A stretch of DNA of 63,988 bases, the filler included, from Sanchytrium tribonematis (lineage: Eukaryota): assembly GCA_018985235.1 (NCBI GenBank). It is 8 parts of 8 records of this genome, joined end to end, with 100 filler letters (N's around TTAATTAATTAA, not from the genome) between each part and the next. Parts side by side here need not be neighbours in the genome. Positions count along the whole stretch, not along the records: positions 54,678 to 60,029 come from JADGIG010000616.1; positions 60,130 to 63,988 come from JADGIG010000788.1; 6 more parts are not named here. One strand, written 5' to 3'. The notes under the pieces were generated by a model. The model saw nothing but the letters and a program-made list of their open reading frames with translations, was not told where the DNA came from and searched no databases. Below are positions 54,832 to 63,988 of the stretch, one piece after another; position 1 is the stretch's first letter, and each line of letters opens with the position of its first letter. The translations under genes were made by a program, and so were the position numbers.

Positions 54832-57693
54832 TTATTTCTTTCTTACAGTTGTCCAATCTTCTTCCTTATTTTCATCTTTGGAACTGATTCCAGTATTGAA
54901 TTGATTTGAAGTAAAGCCTGAGTTGGTTTTGTTAAACAATGGACGTCCAATTCCTAATGATGGTGAAGACCTAACACCAAAAGTTGAATTTTCCCTTAAG
55001 TGCGCTGGAACATATTTGCTACCAGATGGATTTCCACTAGTTTGATTTGGTCTGCTAGTGGGGGGAACATAACTGGCAGCCTTGATAGCTGGAGGGACAT
55101 ATTTGCTGCTGGATGCATGTCCACTAGATTGAACAGGTCTACTGGCAGGAGGAACATATTTTGCAGACGCCGAAATAGCTGGGGGAACATATTTTTTGAC
55201 TGTAGGAGCTTCTCTGACAGGTTGAGGAGATTGACTTCTTTGTCTCTCGGAAGGACCACCTCTACGCCAGTTATTGTCATTATCAGCAGGTTCAATTTGA
55301 GGACTTTCCATTGGTCTACCTCTGATATCAGAATTACCTCGTTCATATTCTTTTTGCTTCAGTTCTTCAATTTCTTGTTTCGCTTTTTTGATATTACTCT
55401 TGATTTCAGAAAGTTTCTTGAGACTGGACTCACTCTGGTTCTTTTTGAAAGCATCCGATTCGATCTTATCTTTCTCGATTTTTTCCTTTTCTAATTCACT
55501 TCTTTTAAAGTTTATAAAAGCTTTATGTTTTACCAAAACCTCATGAATTTTTTTTGATTTTGATTCTTTGAAGCTTTTCGCAGACTCTCGCTCTTCAGAA
55601 ATAGATTTTGATTTTAATGCAAGATCCTGCTGAATTCGGTCAGAATTTTTTTTCACATAGTTTTCATTTTCCAACTGCAATGCACGCTCGATGTAATCCA
55701 CGTCTTTGGAAAATTTGTGAACGTACGCTGCCTGTTCGTCAGCAAGCTTTTTAGTTTCAAAGTTCTTGATAAGTGTGACAAATTCTTTGCTCAAATTTTT
55801 AATGGCTGAGGAGCCTTTATAAGTTTTGTTTTCCAAAACAATCTGAGAGACGGTGATTCCACTTGTTTCCAATTGATTAAGCATGTTATGCTTCTGCTCC
55901 TCTGACAACCTTTCCTTATTTTTTGTGTCAATTTCATGTTCTTTTTGTTTTGCAATTTCCTCGTCCTTTTTATTTTTCTCGTCTAATACTTTGTTTATAT
56001 CATCCTGGCGTTTCTTTTCCTTTTCGTCTCTTGCAATTTTTTCTTGAGCAGTTCTCATTGACTTGTATTGCTCAATTTTTTTGGCAATCTGACTATTTTT
56101 ACTCAAAGTATCGTGGGTTGAGATATTTGACTCCTCCAAGTCTTTCAAATAAGAAATTTTATATTTTTCCAATAAATCTTTGTTGTAACGATAACGCTCC
56201 CCAAATTCTTTGTCATTTAAAGAAATAGGCTGAACTTTGAACTGCAATAAAACTTTCATGGATAAGTAGCTTAACTTTTCAAAACTATTTTTCAGTACTT
56301 GAGATTGATCCTTTTGAAAATGTAGAGTGCTGGTTGATTTATCTATCTTAATATTGATAATTTTTTGAACATTACCCCACAAAAGCACGGAATCGAATTC
56401 CAGCTCATTGTTACTTTCATCTTCTGTTAAAGAAACTAATTTAAGAATCTTAATAAAAGAAATAGACGAGTAAAACCTGCTTAATCCTCTGATTACATGA
56501 ATGTAAAGCGACTTCCTTAGAGAAGGAAGCTTTCTCTCAACTAATGTTTTTGGAAGTACCTTCAAAACAGGCTTTAATTTTGCCGCAATTTGATATGGTG
56601 GAGCATTCAGATAGATATCAATAAGCTCTCGAGTATCAGTAGTCAGGAACTCGTCGTTTTTGGACAAAATGGTTTTTAACAAATCTATATTCGTGGGAGT
56701 AGTATTAAAACCCAATGCAGCCCAAAGAGATTTTCTACCATAGCTCTCATTATAAGGTGTAGACATCAAAGATAAAATTATTTCCAACATCAAACCTCTT
56801 AAGTCTTCTGGTTGGTCTGTGTGAGCATTCTTAAATTGTCTAAGGAGAAACAATTTGTACAACGCGAAACTTCCAATAACCTCATCAAGCGCTAATGTTT
56901 TATAAAACTTACATAGTAGCTCAAAGTATCCGTGTTTTGCAATGTAATCATCTGTAACCATACTTAGTAAATTTTCGGGATTTTGCATTTGATCCTGTAA
57001 GTCTTTAGCAAACAGCTTAAAACTAATGCCACCAAATCCGTCAGCACTATTTAACAAAGTTGAGGTAATGTCATTGGCCACACCCAGTGCTTGCTGGTTT
57101 AAGTTAAGCTTATAAAGTGCATTCAAATGACTAAGCTGAAGTTCAAAGTAAGGCTGATAACCTAATTGCATTAGCAAAGCCTTGTTTTTCAAAACCTCAT
57201 AGGAAAGCTTTAGCCCTTCTCGAGTTTTCCTGTGTTGAGCGCAAAACTCAAATGCATTTTGATAAACAGAGTGGTTTTTGAATTTAAGTAAGTCCAGTAT
57301 CAAGCGAATACTATCCCACTTAAATTTAATTGCGGAGTCCATGGTATTGGTGCTCAAGAATGGAATGTCATAAAGCTGTACAGGACTTGTTTGCTCACCA
57401 CTAGATGATTTTTTATCCACACTTATTAAGGAAATAAGCCTATCACAAACGGAATTCAAAAGCGTGTAGTCATTGTTGTTAATACATATTCCTCTGATTC
57501 TATAGATACCTTCTTTGATAAAAAACAAATGTTTCAAATGCACACAAGATGCAAAGTATGAATTGAAAATTTCAAACAATTCCTCGGCATGCGGATACCT
57601 CTTTAAAATTGACAGTCTTGAAAACAACCATGGCGCAATCTGAGAAATCGGCATGGTCTTGATTTCACTCAGCATTTGTGTAGGAGATGACAT
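54832..57693 (-). CDS. TIF32: Translation initiation factor eIF3 subunit a (divergent)
   Basis: KEGIY..R.IC, WDSIR.ILDLLK, AFEFC..H.K..E, PCI-like YSSISF, DYIERA, charged coiled coil, KYVPP repeats, W..V end. Confidence 0.8.
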   Translation of the reverse strand: MSSPTQMLSEIKTMPISQIAPWLFSRLSILKRYPHAEELFEIFNSYFASCVHLKHLFFIKEGIYRIRGICINNNDYTLLNSVCDRLISLISVDKKSSSGEQTSPVQLYDIPFLSTNTMDSAIKFKWDSIRLILDLLKFKNHSVYQNAFEFCAQHRKTREGLKLSYEVLKNKALLMQLGYQPYFELQLSHLNALYKLNLNQQALGVANDITSTLLNSADGFGGISFKLFAKDLQDQMQNPENLLSMVTDDYIAKHGYFELLCKFYKTLALDEVIGSFALYKLFLLRQFKNAHTDQPEDLRGLMLEIILSLMSTPYNESYGRKSLWAALGFNTTPTNIDLLKTILSKNDEFLTTDTRELIDIYLNAPPYQIAAKLKPVLKVLPKTLVERKLPSLRKSLYIHVIRGLSRFYSSISFIKILKLVSLTEDESNNELEFDSVLLWGNVQKIINIKIDKSTSTLHFQKDQSQVLKNSFEKLSYLSMKVLLQFKVQPISLNDKEFGERYRYNKDLLEKYKISYLKDLEESNISTHDTLSKNSQIAKKIEQYKSMRTAQEKIARDEKEKKRQDDINKVLDEKNKKDEEIAKQKEHEIDTKNKERLSEEQKHNMLNQLETSGITVSQIVLENKTYKGSSAIKNLSKEFVTLIKNFETKKLADEQAAYVHKFSKDVDYIERALQLENENYVKKNSDRIQQDLALKSKSISEERESAKSFKESKSKKIHEVLVKHKAFINFKRSELEKEKIEKDKIESDAFKKNQSESSLKKLSEIKSNIKKAKQEIEELKQKEYERGNSDIRGRPMESPQIEPADNDNNWRRGGPSERQRSQSPQPVREAPTVKKYVPPAISASAKYVPPASRPVQSSGHASSSKYVPPAIKAASYVPPTSRPNQTSGNPSGSKYVPAHLRENSTFGVRSSPSLGIGRPLFNKTNSGFTSNQFNTGISSKDENKEEDWTTVRKK

Positions 57694-57710
57694 TTGTTTG
57701 GCAAGGAGAT

Positions 57711-58958
57711 TTATTTTTTTTCAATCTTACCATATTCTTCCACGGCTACAAGAGATAAAAATAGAATAGCATTTAATCCCACTGTCACCTGGGGATGATA
57801 GCTGTATAAGCTAACAATAATTGCAAAAGCAAATAAGACAAATGAGGAGCCAATTCTCAAGAAAATTCGAAATCTTTTCGATAAATGCAAAACTCGATTT
57901 TGCTCTTCATCCAATGACTTGTGTAGCAGTCCAATAATAGACATAAAAAACAGAGTACAACCCTGAGCCACTATATATCCTACTTCTGCGTTTTTGGCAT
58001 ATTCGCTGTGGTTAGCTCCATTAACCTCGGTCGCGATCAAAGCCATACAAGCCCCACTAAATGCAATGCTTATATGGAGAGGAAGATGGAGCACTTGCCA
58101 TAACATTGCAGTATATTTTGAACGTCTTACTGCATGAGTATATTGCTTCGCGCTATCAACATCAAAATATATCCATTGGATTGCTGCGGCGCATGACATG
58201 CCAAGTATACTCAGAAGAAAGCTATCAGTTTCCAATTTTCCAATTAAAATGGCAATAATGACTTCGCCAAGCACAATAATCGTAAACAATCCAAATCTTT
58301 CGCTCCAATGTTCAATGTTGATCGCTGGAACATACTTAGGCTTGACAAACGCAATAAGTACTTGTATAGCGAGCATAAATGATAAAATCTCAAATAGTGT
58401 GACAAATCCCAATACAACTGTACGACTGTATTTATCTTCAATAAATATAGCGCTTAATTGTGGAATAAATGTGATAAGATGGTAACCCATAATAAATATT
58501 TGCGCTTTCATGAAACGGAAATCAAAAAATGCGTAAATTAGAGTTCCAAGTAAATTTACACCTTGAAAAATCAAATAAAACATTAAAAAGTAATCCGAAA
58601 TACCCACAGTGGAAATATTTAGACTCAATCCAATAGCTAAGCAGCCCACCAATAGTAAATATAACTTAAGAGCCAGATCATTTGTCATGTAGCGATTTAT
58701 AAAACCAACAGATATGCTCCATACTCTCCAGATCATTGCAAATTTAACCACGTACTCCAAAAAACCTGACCCGTCAAGATGATGCTCAACGAAAATTCCT
58801 AGTTGTGAAATGGCGCCAACAAATATCAAATCAAAAAATAATTCATTCCAAGTGGTTTTTCGTTCTTCTTCCTCTCGATGAAGAATAGTTTCTCTCATGT
58901 ATTGCCGTACCCGTGGAGTATGAAATGCACCGTCTTTTGGATGACTTATAATAATCAT
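57711..58958 (-). CDS. LtrA-family (low temperature requirement A) membrane protein
   Basis: TWNELFFDLIFV, NIEHWSERFGLFTIIVLGE, WIYFD, HLPLH. Confidence 0.9.
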   Translation of the reverse strand: MIIISHPKDGAFHTPRVRQYMRETILHREEEERKTTWNELFFDLIFVGAISQLGIFVEHHLDGSGFLEYVVKFAMIWRVWSISVGFINRYMTNDLALKLYLLLVGCLAIGLSLNISTVGISDYFLMFYLIFQGVNLLGTLIYAFFDFRFMKAQIFIMGYHLITFIPQLSAIFIEDKYSRTVVLGFVTLFEILSFMLAIQVLIAFVKPKYVPAINIEHWSERFGLFTIIVLGEVIIAILIGKLETDSFLLSILGMSCAAAIQWIYFDVDSAKQYTHAVRRSKYTAMLWQVLHLPLHISIAFSGACMALIATEVNGANHSEYAKNAEVGYIVAQGCTLFFMSIIGLLHKSLDEEQNRVLHLSKRFRIFLRIGSSFVLFAFAIIVSLYSYHPQVTVGLNAILFLSLVAVEEYGKIEKK

Positions 58959-59263
58959 TTTAGGTAATTTTCAAAAACTTGGAAAGTAGAATGTGACACC
59001 TCCACATCATCCGATGTTAAAACTTCAAGCTGTTTCTTAATAATGTTTTCTTCTTCTATATTTTTTTGCACTTGACATTTTTGCATTTTATTTTGAAGGT
59101 ATTTAATGTGTTTTTTCGAACCAAAAACACAAACATCCGGATTGTTCGCTTCAATATCATCTAGGTTCATCTTTAGATTCAGTTCTACCTCTATTTCTTC
59201 ATTAATTTCATCAACGTAAGGTGTGTTGCTGCTTGTTAGCAGAATATTCTCTTCGGAATTCAT
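58955..59263 (-). CDS. Probable N-terminal part of the LtrA gene (frameshifted) or separate small ORF
   Basis: ATGA overlap with LtrA; VFGSKKH resembles the HGSxEH segment I recall from fungal LtrA N-termini. Confidence 0.45.
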   Translation of the reverse strand: MNSEENILLTSSNTPYVDEINEEIEVELNLKMNLDDIEANNPDVCVFGSKKHIKYLQNKMQKCQVQKNIEEENIIKKQLEVLTSDDVEVSHSTFQVFENYLK

Positions 59264-59431
59264 AGAACTCACTTTCAGGGGTTTCCGTGATCAAACTGCA
59301 TGACTACCACTGTTTTTTCGATTAAATTGATTGCTATGACATTTTTGTCTTTTTTTGTAACGACTATCTTAATTAATGGCTTCCTCAGTATTCACAATAT
59401 AATCGTTAAAGTGAAAATCTGAAACAAACAA

Positions 59432-60029
59432 ATGAATACCAACGACTGGACTTCTTTTGTTTTAAATGATAGTAATCAACCTTTTCCTTTAGATAGCGAT
59501 AAAACATCTTTAGCTAAATTTATTTCGAAGAGAGATCAGGATATTCAGGATTACATCAGCCAACACGACGAGCAATTCGTAAAAATAGCAAATTCTACCA
59601 CCTTGAACTTTTACAGTAATATAAATCAATACATTGCAGAAATAAGTTTAGTATTGAAATCAGTTCACGATGAGGAAGAATTGATGCACGAAAAAAAAGT
59701 TGAATTGGAAGTTTTGAGCGATCACATTAATCAAATGGATAGAATCATCGAGTTGCTAGAGCTTTTTGAGAAAGGAAATCAATATTTACAAGAGAGCCTT
59801 ATTTTTAAAACATTGAGCATCTATAAGCAAGTCAAACAATCTTCACTAATTAAACAATACTCGTTTCTAAAACAACTTTTAAAAGCAATCAATAATCAAG
59901 AAAATGCAATCCTGACTAAAGCAAATGGACTAGTCACAGAATGGCTTGTTTTGCTGCGTGAAAATGCTCCTTTGATTGGAAAAAGGGGTATGCAATTAAA
60001 TAAGGAAATGCAGCAAGGAATTTCGGATG
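59432..60029 (+). CDS. SEC15: Exocyst subunit Sec15-like, 3'-truncated
   Basis: L.KFISKRDQDIQ....H...FV and EWL..LRE.A..IG patterns. Confidence 0.7.
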
Positions 60030-60129
60030 NNNNNNNNNNNNNNNNNNNNNNNNNNNNNNNNNNNNNNNNNNNNTTAATTAATTAANNNNNNNNNNNNNNN
60101 NNNNNNNNNNNNNNNNNNNNNNNNNNNNN

Positions 60130-61414
60130 TTTTTGTGAATATCCGACTAGCTGCCAATGTGCAATTATAATTCAAATCTATTATAGTAGGCACCCTTTGT
60201 TGATTCATGGTACATTTACCAGATGGATTATTGGTTAATAAATTATTAGTCAAATTACATGATTTTAAATATTGATCACCAATAATAGCAACATTTGTGA
60301 AAGAATTGCCAATTAAAGATATTTTGGTGGGATTTGTAAATGAAATATTGCCAATAAACTGATTATTATCAATGATGAGTGAGAATAGAGTGAGTGGAAT
60401 TGATAAACAGCCATAAAAATAATTATTACTCGCTTCTAATTCTTGCAACCAATTGGGAATTTGAATGGGGCCATGAAATTGATTATTGCTAATATAAAGT
60501 CGCATGATATTACCCGGTGGAATTATGGGCAATTTGCCAGAAAATTGATTATTTCTCACATCCAAGTGGGAAATTGAATTTGGTAAATTGGGTAATGTAC
60601 CATAAAATTGATTATTTTGCAAATTTAATTGTCTTATTACAGGTGGTAAATTGGAAATCATGCTGTTGAATTGATTGTTATTCAATGTGAGCGTATTTAG
60701 AGATGAAGTTGTGAAATTTGGTAAATTGCCAGTTAAAAGATTATTTGCCATAGAAAGAGACGATAAATATAATGGAATAGGTGGTAGTGTACCTGAAAAT
60801 GAGTTATAATCCGCTAAAATACTGTGAATACTGGCTGGAATGCTGGGAAATGAATTTTCAAAATTATTGTTATTAATTTGTAATTGGATCAATGGAGCGG
60901 GTAATGATGGCAATGCGCCATGAATTAGATTGTTACTAATGAATATACTAAATAATGCACCGGGGAATGTCGGTAAACTTCCACTAATCAAATTATAATC
61001 CAACGAAATACTTTGTAAATTAGGAGGAAATGAAGAGATATTTCCATAAATGGCATTAGTACTGAGTTGTAAACTCTGAATGGTATTTGGTAAATACGAT
61101 CTGATCTCATTATATTCCTGTTTAATATTATTATTAACAATATTCAAAGTTTGTAGCGCAGTTGATAAATTTGATTTAATGGTTCCGTTTAATGATAAAC
61201 TGTTGAAATTGATAGTTTGTACTCTATTCTGAGTATTGCAAAATACCCATCCTGGGGTGTATGCTGGAATGGAGCAGCAATCTGTGGATAATTGGGCATA
61301 AATTGATGGATAAGTGAGATGCATGTTTAAATCATGGGCGAGTTGGACGACTGAGGGGCAATCTGCAATGACGGCACAAATCAAGGAAATGATTAGAATA
61401 CTAAATTTTAACAT
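60130..61414 (-). CDS. Secreted/surface LRR protein, 3'-truncated
   Basis: Signal peptide, DC...LA..LNM...CC cap, many LxxNxFxGxLP repeats, SCNL C-cap. Confidence 0.9.
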
Positions 61415-61451
61415 GCGTTTCAAGAGAAGACGTCTTCATTTTTAAAGAATT

Positions 61452-63161
61452 CTATTTATTTAAAATATCGTGTAATTCTATAATCACTCTGAACAAATAA
61501 CAGTCCATATCTTCATCTCTTAAATACGTTTCTGCAAATTGTTGTCCATTTAATGCAATTTGCTCTGCTTGATCGTCATTCATTTGATAATATAATATTT
61601 TAGCAGGCAAATCATTCGCACCCAGTGGATGGTTGAAGTCATCTTTTTTATTAAATGTAAATTGACTCCATTCTGATTGTTGTTTACTTAATAATGCTTG
61701 AAATTCAGAATCCATGGCATCCACATTAATTTCTGAATATGATAAATCAATGGGAATATAATGATAAAATGGAATTAAAATATCACTAAACCAATCTTGA
61801 GCATAATGAGCAGCAAATACAAGCGAATTACCGCGTAATAATCTTAATATCCGACCAGAATAGCCATTTCCATCAATATCCAAAATCATTTTATAATTGA
61901 AGAAATTGGCAAATGGCATGGGTCTGACTAATTTATAATACATTTTAGCCATTTTTTGATATTCTGCATTCATTTCTACGACATTATTAAACTTAATATC
62001 TGCTAATTTGGGATAATTCATTAAATGGGTGACAATGCGTTGTCTGTGTGAATAAAACCATAAATATTGATGATAATTGGCAGATGCTTTGATTTTATAT
62101 TGATTTGGAGTACATTCATCATCACAGACATGATCTGGCATTAAAAATGGCTCATTTGTAAAATAAAAAGGAGAGCCAGATGTCGTACCCCTCCAAATCA
62201 ATTGATTTGTTTTTTGATTCCATTTTGGATAATCTGTCTTCATTTGATTTAATTTGGCATAATCATAATGGTATACACTTGGCACAATAATATCTACCGT
62301 GCAATGTTCATAATTTCCCCAACTTAAAATGGGCAATTTTTGTAATGTTTGATACTCTTCAGGGTGGTTAATAAATAGCCCATAACCTTGAAATAATTGA
62401 TCATGGTATTGATTTGGTGCACATGCTTGTTTGTGAATTGATTTTAATGCGACTTCATGTTCATTTTCAACCCCATTTTCAATTTGAGCCAATTTGACTT
62501 TACCAACATGGTTAGATTGAGTGAATTTATTCATTTTATGACTATATTCTGGATGACTAAGCACGACTGGCTGTGCATGCGTATTAATCACAAATGTCAA
62601 ATCTGGCAAATAATTTTGAATCTTTTTAAAAATCGGATAATACGCATCTGCTCGTTTAGAATTCACTGTAATATTCACAATACCATCTTTAACATCAAAT
62701 CGAGTCAATTGAGTTGAATTAAAGAAGGGTATTAATTTCAACAGGGCATCCGTGTAATTCATTTTAGAGTGTTTAAATGGTTTAATTTGTTGATATAGCA
62801 TATCATATCTATCAATTCTACATTGCTTAGATTGTGCAAATGCATACCATTCTTTGAAATACTTTGGTGTTTCTCCATAATGTTGATTGTAATATCTTTT
62901 GGCTTCTGAATACGAAATCGCATCATGTCTCTCCATATTCTTGATTCTGATGATACATTGGGTATATTTAATTTGATCATGGTGGTTTAGAAATTGGTCA
63001 AATGGATATTGGCATTTGGAATCTTTAATGGGTGAATCAACTAAAATATTAATGGATTTATCACTATCTATTTCAAATGTGTCAGATTGGATATATAAAT
63101 GAGAGTTTTTAATGGTTAAACTGAGTAGTAATAGCAGCGAGACACGCAATAAAGATTTCAT
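61452..63161 (-). CDS. Glycosyltransferase family 90 (CAP10-like)
   Basis: N-terminal TM, PKYFKEWYAFA, LPDLTFVIN, WRGTTSG, YKMILDIDGNGYSGR, HYIP, EDMDCYLFR. Confidence 0.92.
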   Translation of the reverse strand: MKSLLRVSLLLLLSLTIKNSHLYIQSDTFEIDSDKSINILVDSPIKDSKCQYPFDQFLNHHDQIKYTQCIIRIKNMERHDAISYSEAKRYYNQHYGETPKYFKEWYAFAQSKQCRIDRYDMLYQQIKPFKHSKMNYTDALLKLIPFFNSTQLTRFDVKDGIVNITVNSKRADAYYPIFKKIQNYLPDLTFVINTHAQPVVLSHPEYSHKMNKFTQSNHVGKVKLAQIENGVENEHEVALKSIHKQACAPNQYHDQLFQGYGLFINHPEEYQTLQKLPILSWGNYEHCTVDIIVPSVYHYDYAKLNQMKTDYPKWNQKTNQLIWRGTTSGSPFYFTNEPFLMPDHVCDDECTPNQYKIKASANYHQYLWFYSHRQRIVTHLMNYPKLADIKFNNVVEMNAEYQKMAKMYYKLVRPMPFANFFNYKMILDIDGNGYSGRILRLLRGNSLVFAAHYAQDWFSDILIPFYHYIPIDLSYSEINVDAMDSEFQALLSKQQSEWSQFTFNKKDDFNHPLGANDLPAKILYYQMNDDQAEQIALNGQQFAETYLRDEDMDCYLFRVIIELHDILNK

Positions 63162-63831
63162 TAAAACGTGGGTCGAGAAACTGTTTTATATCTTTAAACA
63201 CGTGCATTTGACTCTCAGTAGGCCAGAAATGTGGTCTTGCATCGTGATTAAATAGTGGGTAAAATTAAAACTGAAGATAAATTAAAATGAAGATTTAAAA
63301 ATATGATTTTCATTTGGACTCCATGTTTGAAGAATTTCGTGGCTTTTATCAACAGCATCTGCCATCAAGTCTGTCATTTCCATATGTCCACAACAAGCCA
63401 TTCAAAATTCTAAATCGGATGGCTTTGGATCCGATCTACATAATCCGATTTATAGTCAATTAACCAGGATATCTAGTCAAAAGTACGAATCTAATATAAA
63501 TTAACTCGCATCTAATGACTATATAACCCATCTCGATCCCTAATATCATGAATCACGAATTATTAACAGTCAAAAAGGTATTACATGCTACAAAACACAA
63601 ATCATCGAATACACTCAGAAATAGGGTATTAATGAAAGGAATGCTACATCATATCTATAATGAATACCCTATTACATTCAATTTGACCATATGCCCCACA
63701 TTAAAAGAAGAACAAATGATGAAATTGATTCAATCTCATCCAGCTGCCATGAAAGAAATCAAATTGTACGAATTGGTCATTTAGAAAAAGAAAAGTGTTC
63801 TCATTCATTTATTCATTCAATAAATTATGTT

Positions 63832-63988
63832 TTAATGCATTGGTGAACATATTTCAACTAATAATCCATTGCAGTCACGCACATAACAAATTATTTGTCC
63901 CCATGGCATTTTCTTTGGTTGACTCACAGAAACTGCCCCTCCCTCCAATGCTTTCAAATAAGCTGCTTCAACATCCTCACTCACAAAT
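63832..63988 (-). CDS. VOC/glyoxalase-family protein, 3' fragment (not in ORF track)
   Basis: Manual translation FVSEDVEAAYLKALEGGAVSVSQPKKMPWGQIICYVRDCNGLLVEICSPMH*. Confidence 0.85.
   Translation of the reverse strand, partial: FVSEDVEAAYLKALEGGAVSVSQPKKMPWGQIICYVRDCNGLLVEICSPMH

Noticed and set aside
55000..55494. 164-aa plus-strand ORF and other short antisense or nested ORFs in the track
   Set aside because: Shadows of well-supported genes; here opposite the eIF3a KYVPP repeats
27202..60129. Regularly spaced TTAATTAATTAA motifs, and ORFs ending in X...LIN
   Set aside because: Artificial contig linkers; spacing reflects similar contig lengths and cross-spacer synteny is meaningless
63290..63784. 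Short plus-strand ORFs including 63548-63784
   Set aside because: Fragmented, no 19-nt intron found to join them; possibly a pseudogene but unsupported
1..63988. Alternative genetic code as the cause of split ORFs
   Set aside because: Splits are frame changes fixed by introns or single indels; TAA, TAG and TGA all end conserved genes
1..63988. tRNA, rRNA or snRNA genes
   Set aside because: None recognisable by eye; tRNAscan-SE and Infernal would be needed to exclude divergent ones

Overview
This is eukaryotic DNA, not prokaryotic: eight contigs joined by artificial 100-nt N...TTAATTAATTAA...N spacers, so gene neighbourhood only counts within a contig. It comes from a very compact, AT-rich genome of fungal (Holomycota) type; a reduced zoosporic-fungus-like parasite is my inference only. 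Contig 1 (1-27201) is a dense run of housekeeping genes: aspartokinase, Rpn8, enolase, SAPS, Med16, Npr2, Sen2-like, PNUTS-like, PUF, Pkr1, cytidine deaminase, ADAM, TLDc, Vps39, Slp1 and importin-5. The ~5.4-kb contigs mix housekeeping genes with lineage-specific secreted and membrane families. Main result: all six introns I could reconstruct are exactly 19 nt (GTA...TAG) with an invariant A six nt from the 3' end, a fixed-length tiny spliceosomal intron system. Other notable items: a LINE whose EN-RT and RNase H/poly(A) halves are joined head-to-head inside an LRR pseudogene; a duplicated 31-aa metallothionein-like gene missed by the ORF track; an aspartokinase whose stop may be made by polyadenylation; and miniaturised expression signals (TATA about 30 nt before ATG, TTGAAAC start motif, stop codons inside AATAAA, 8-12 aa signal-like leaders). 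Protein calls come from motif recognition, not database searches.
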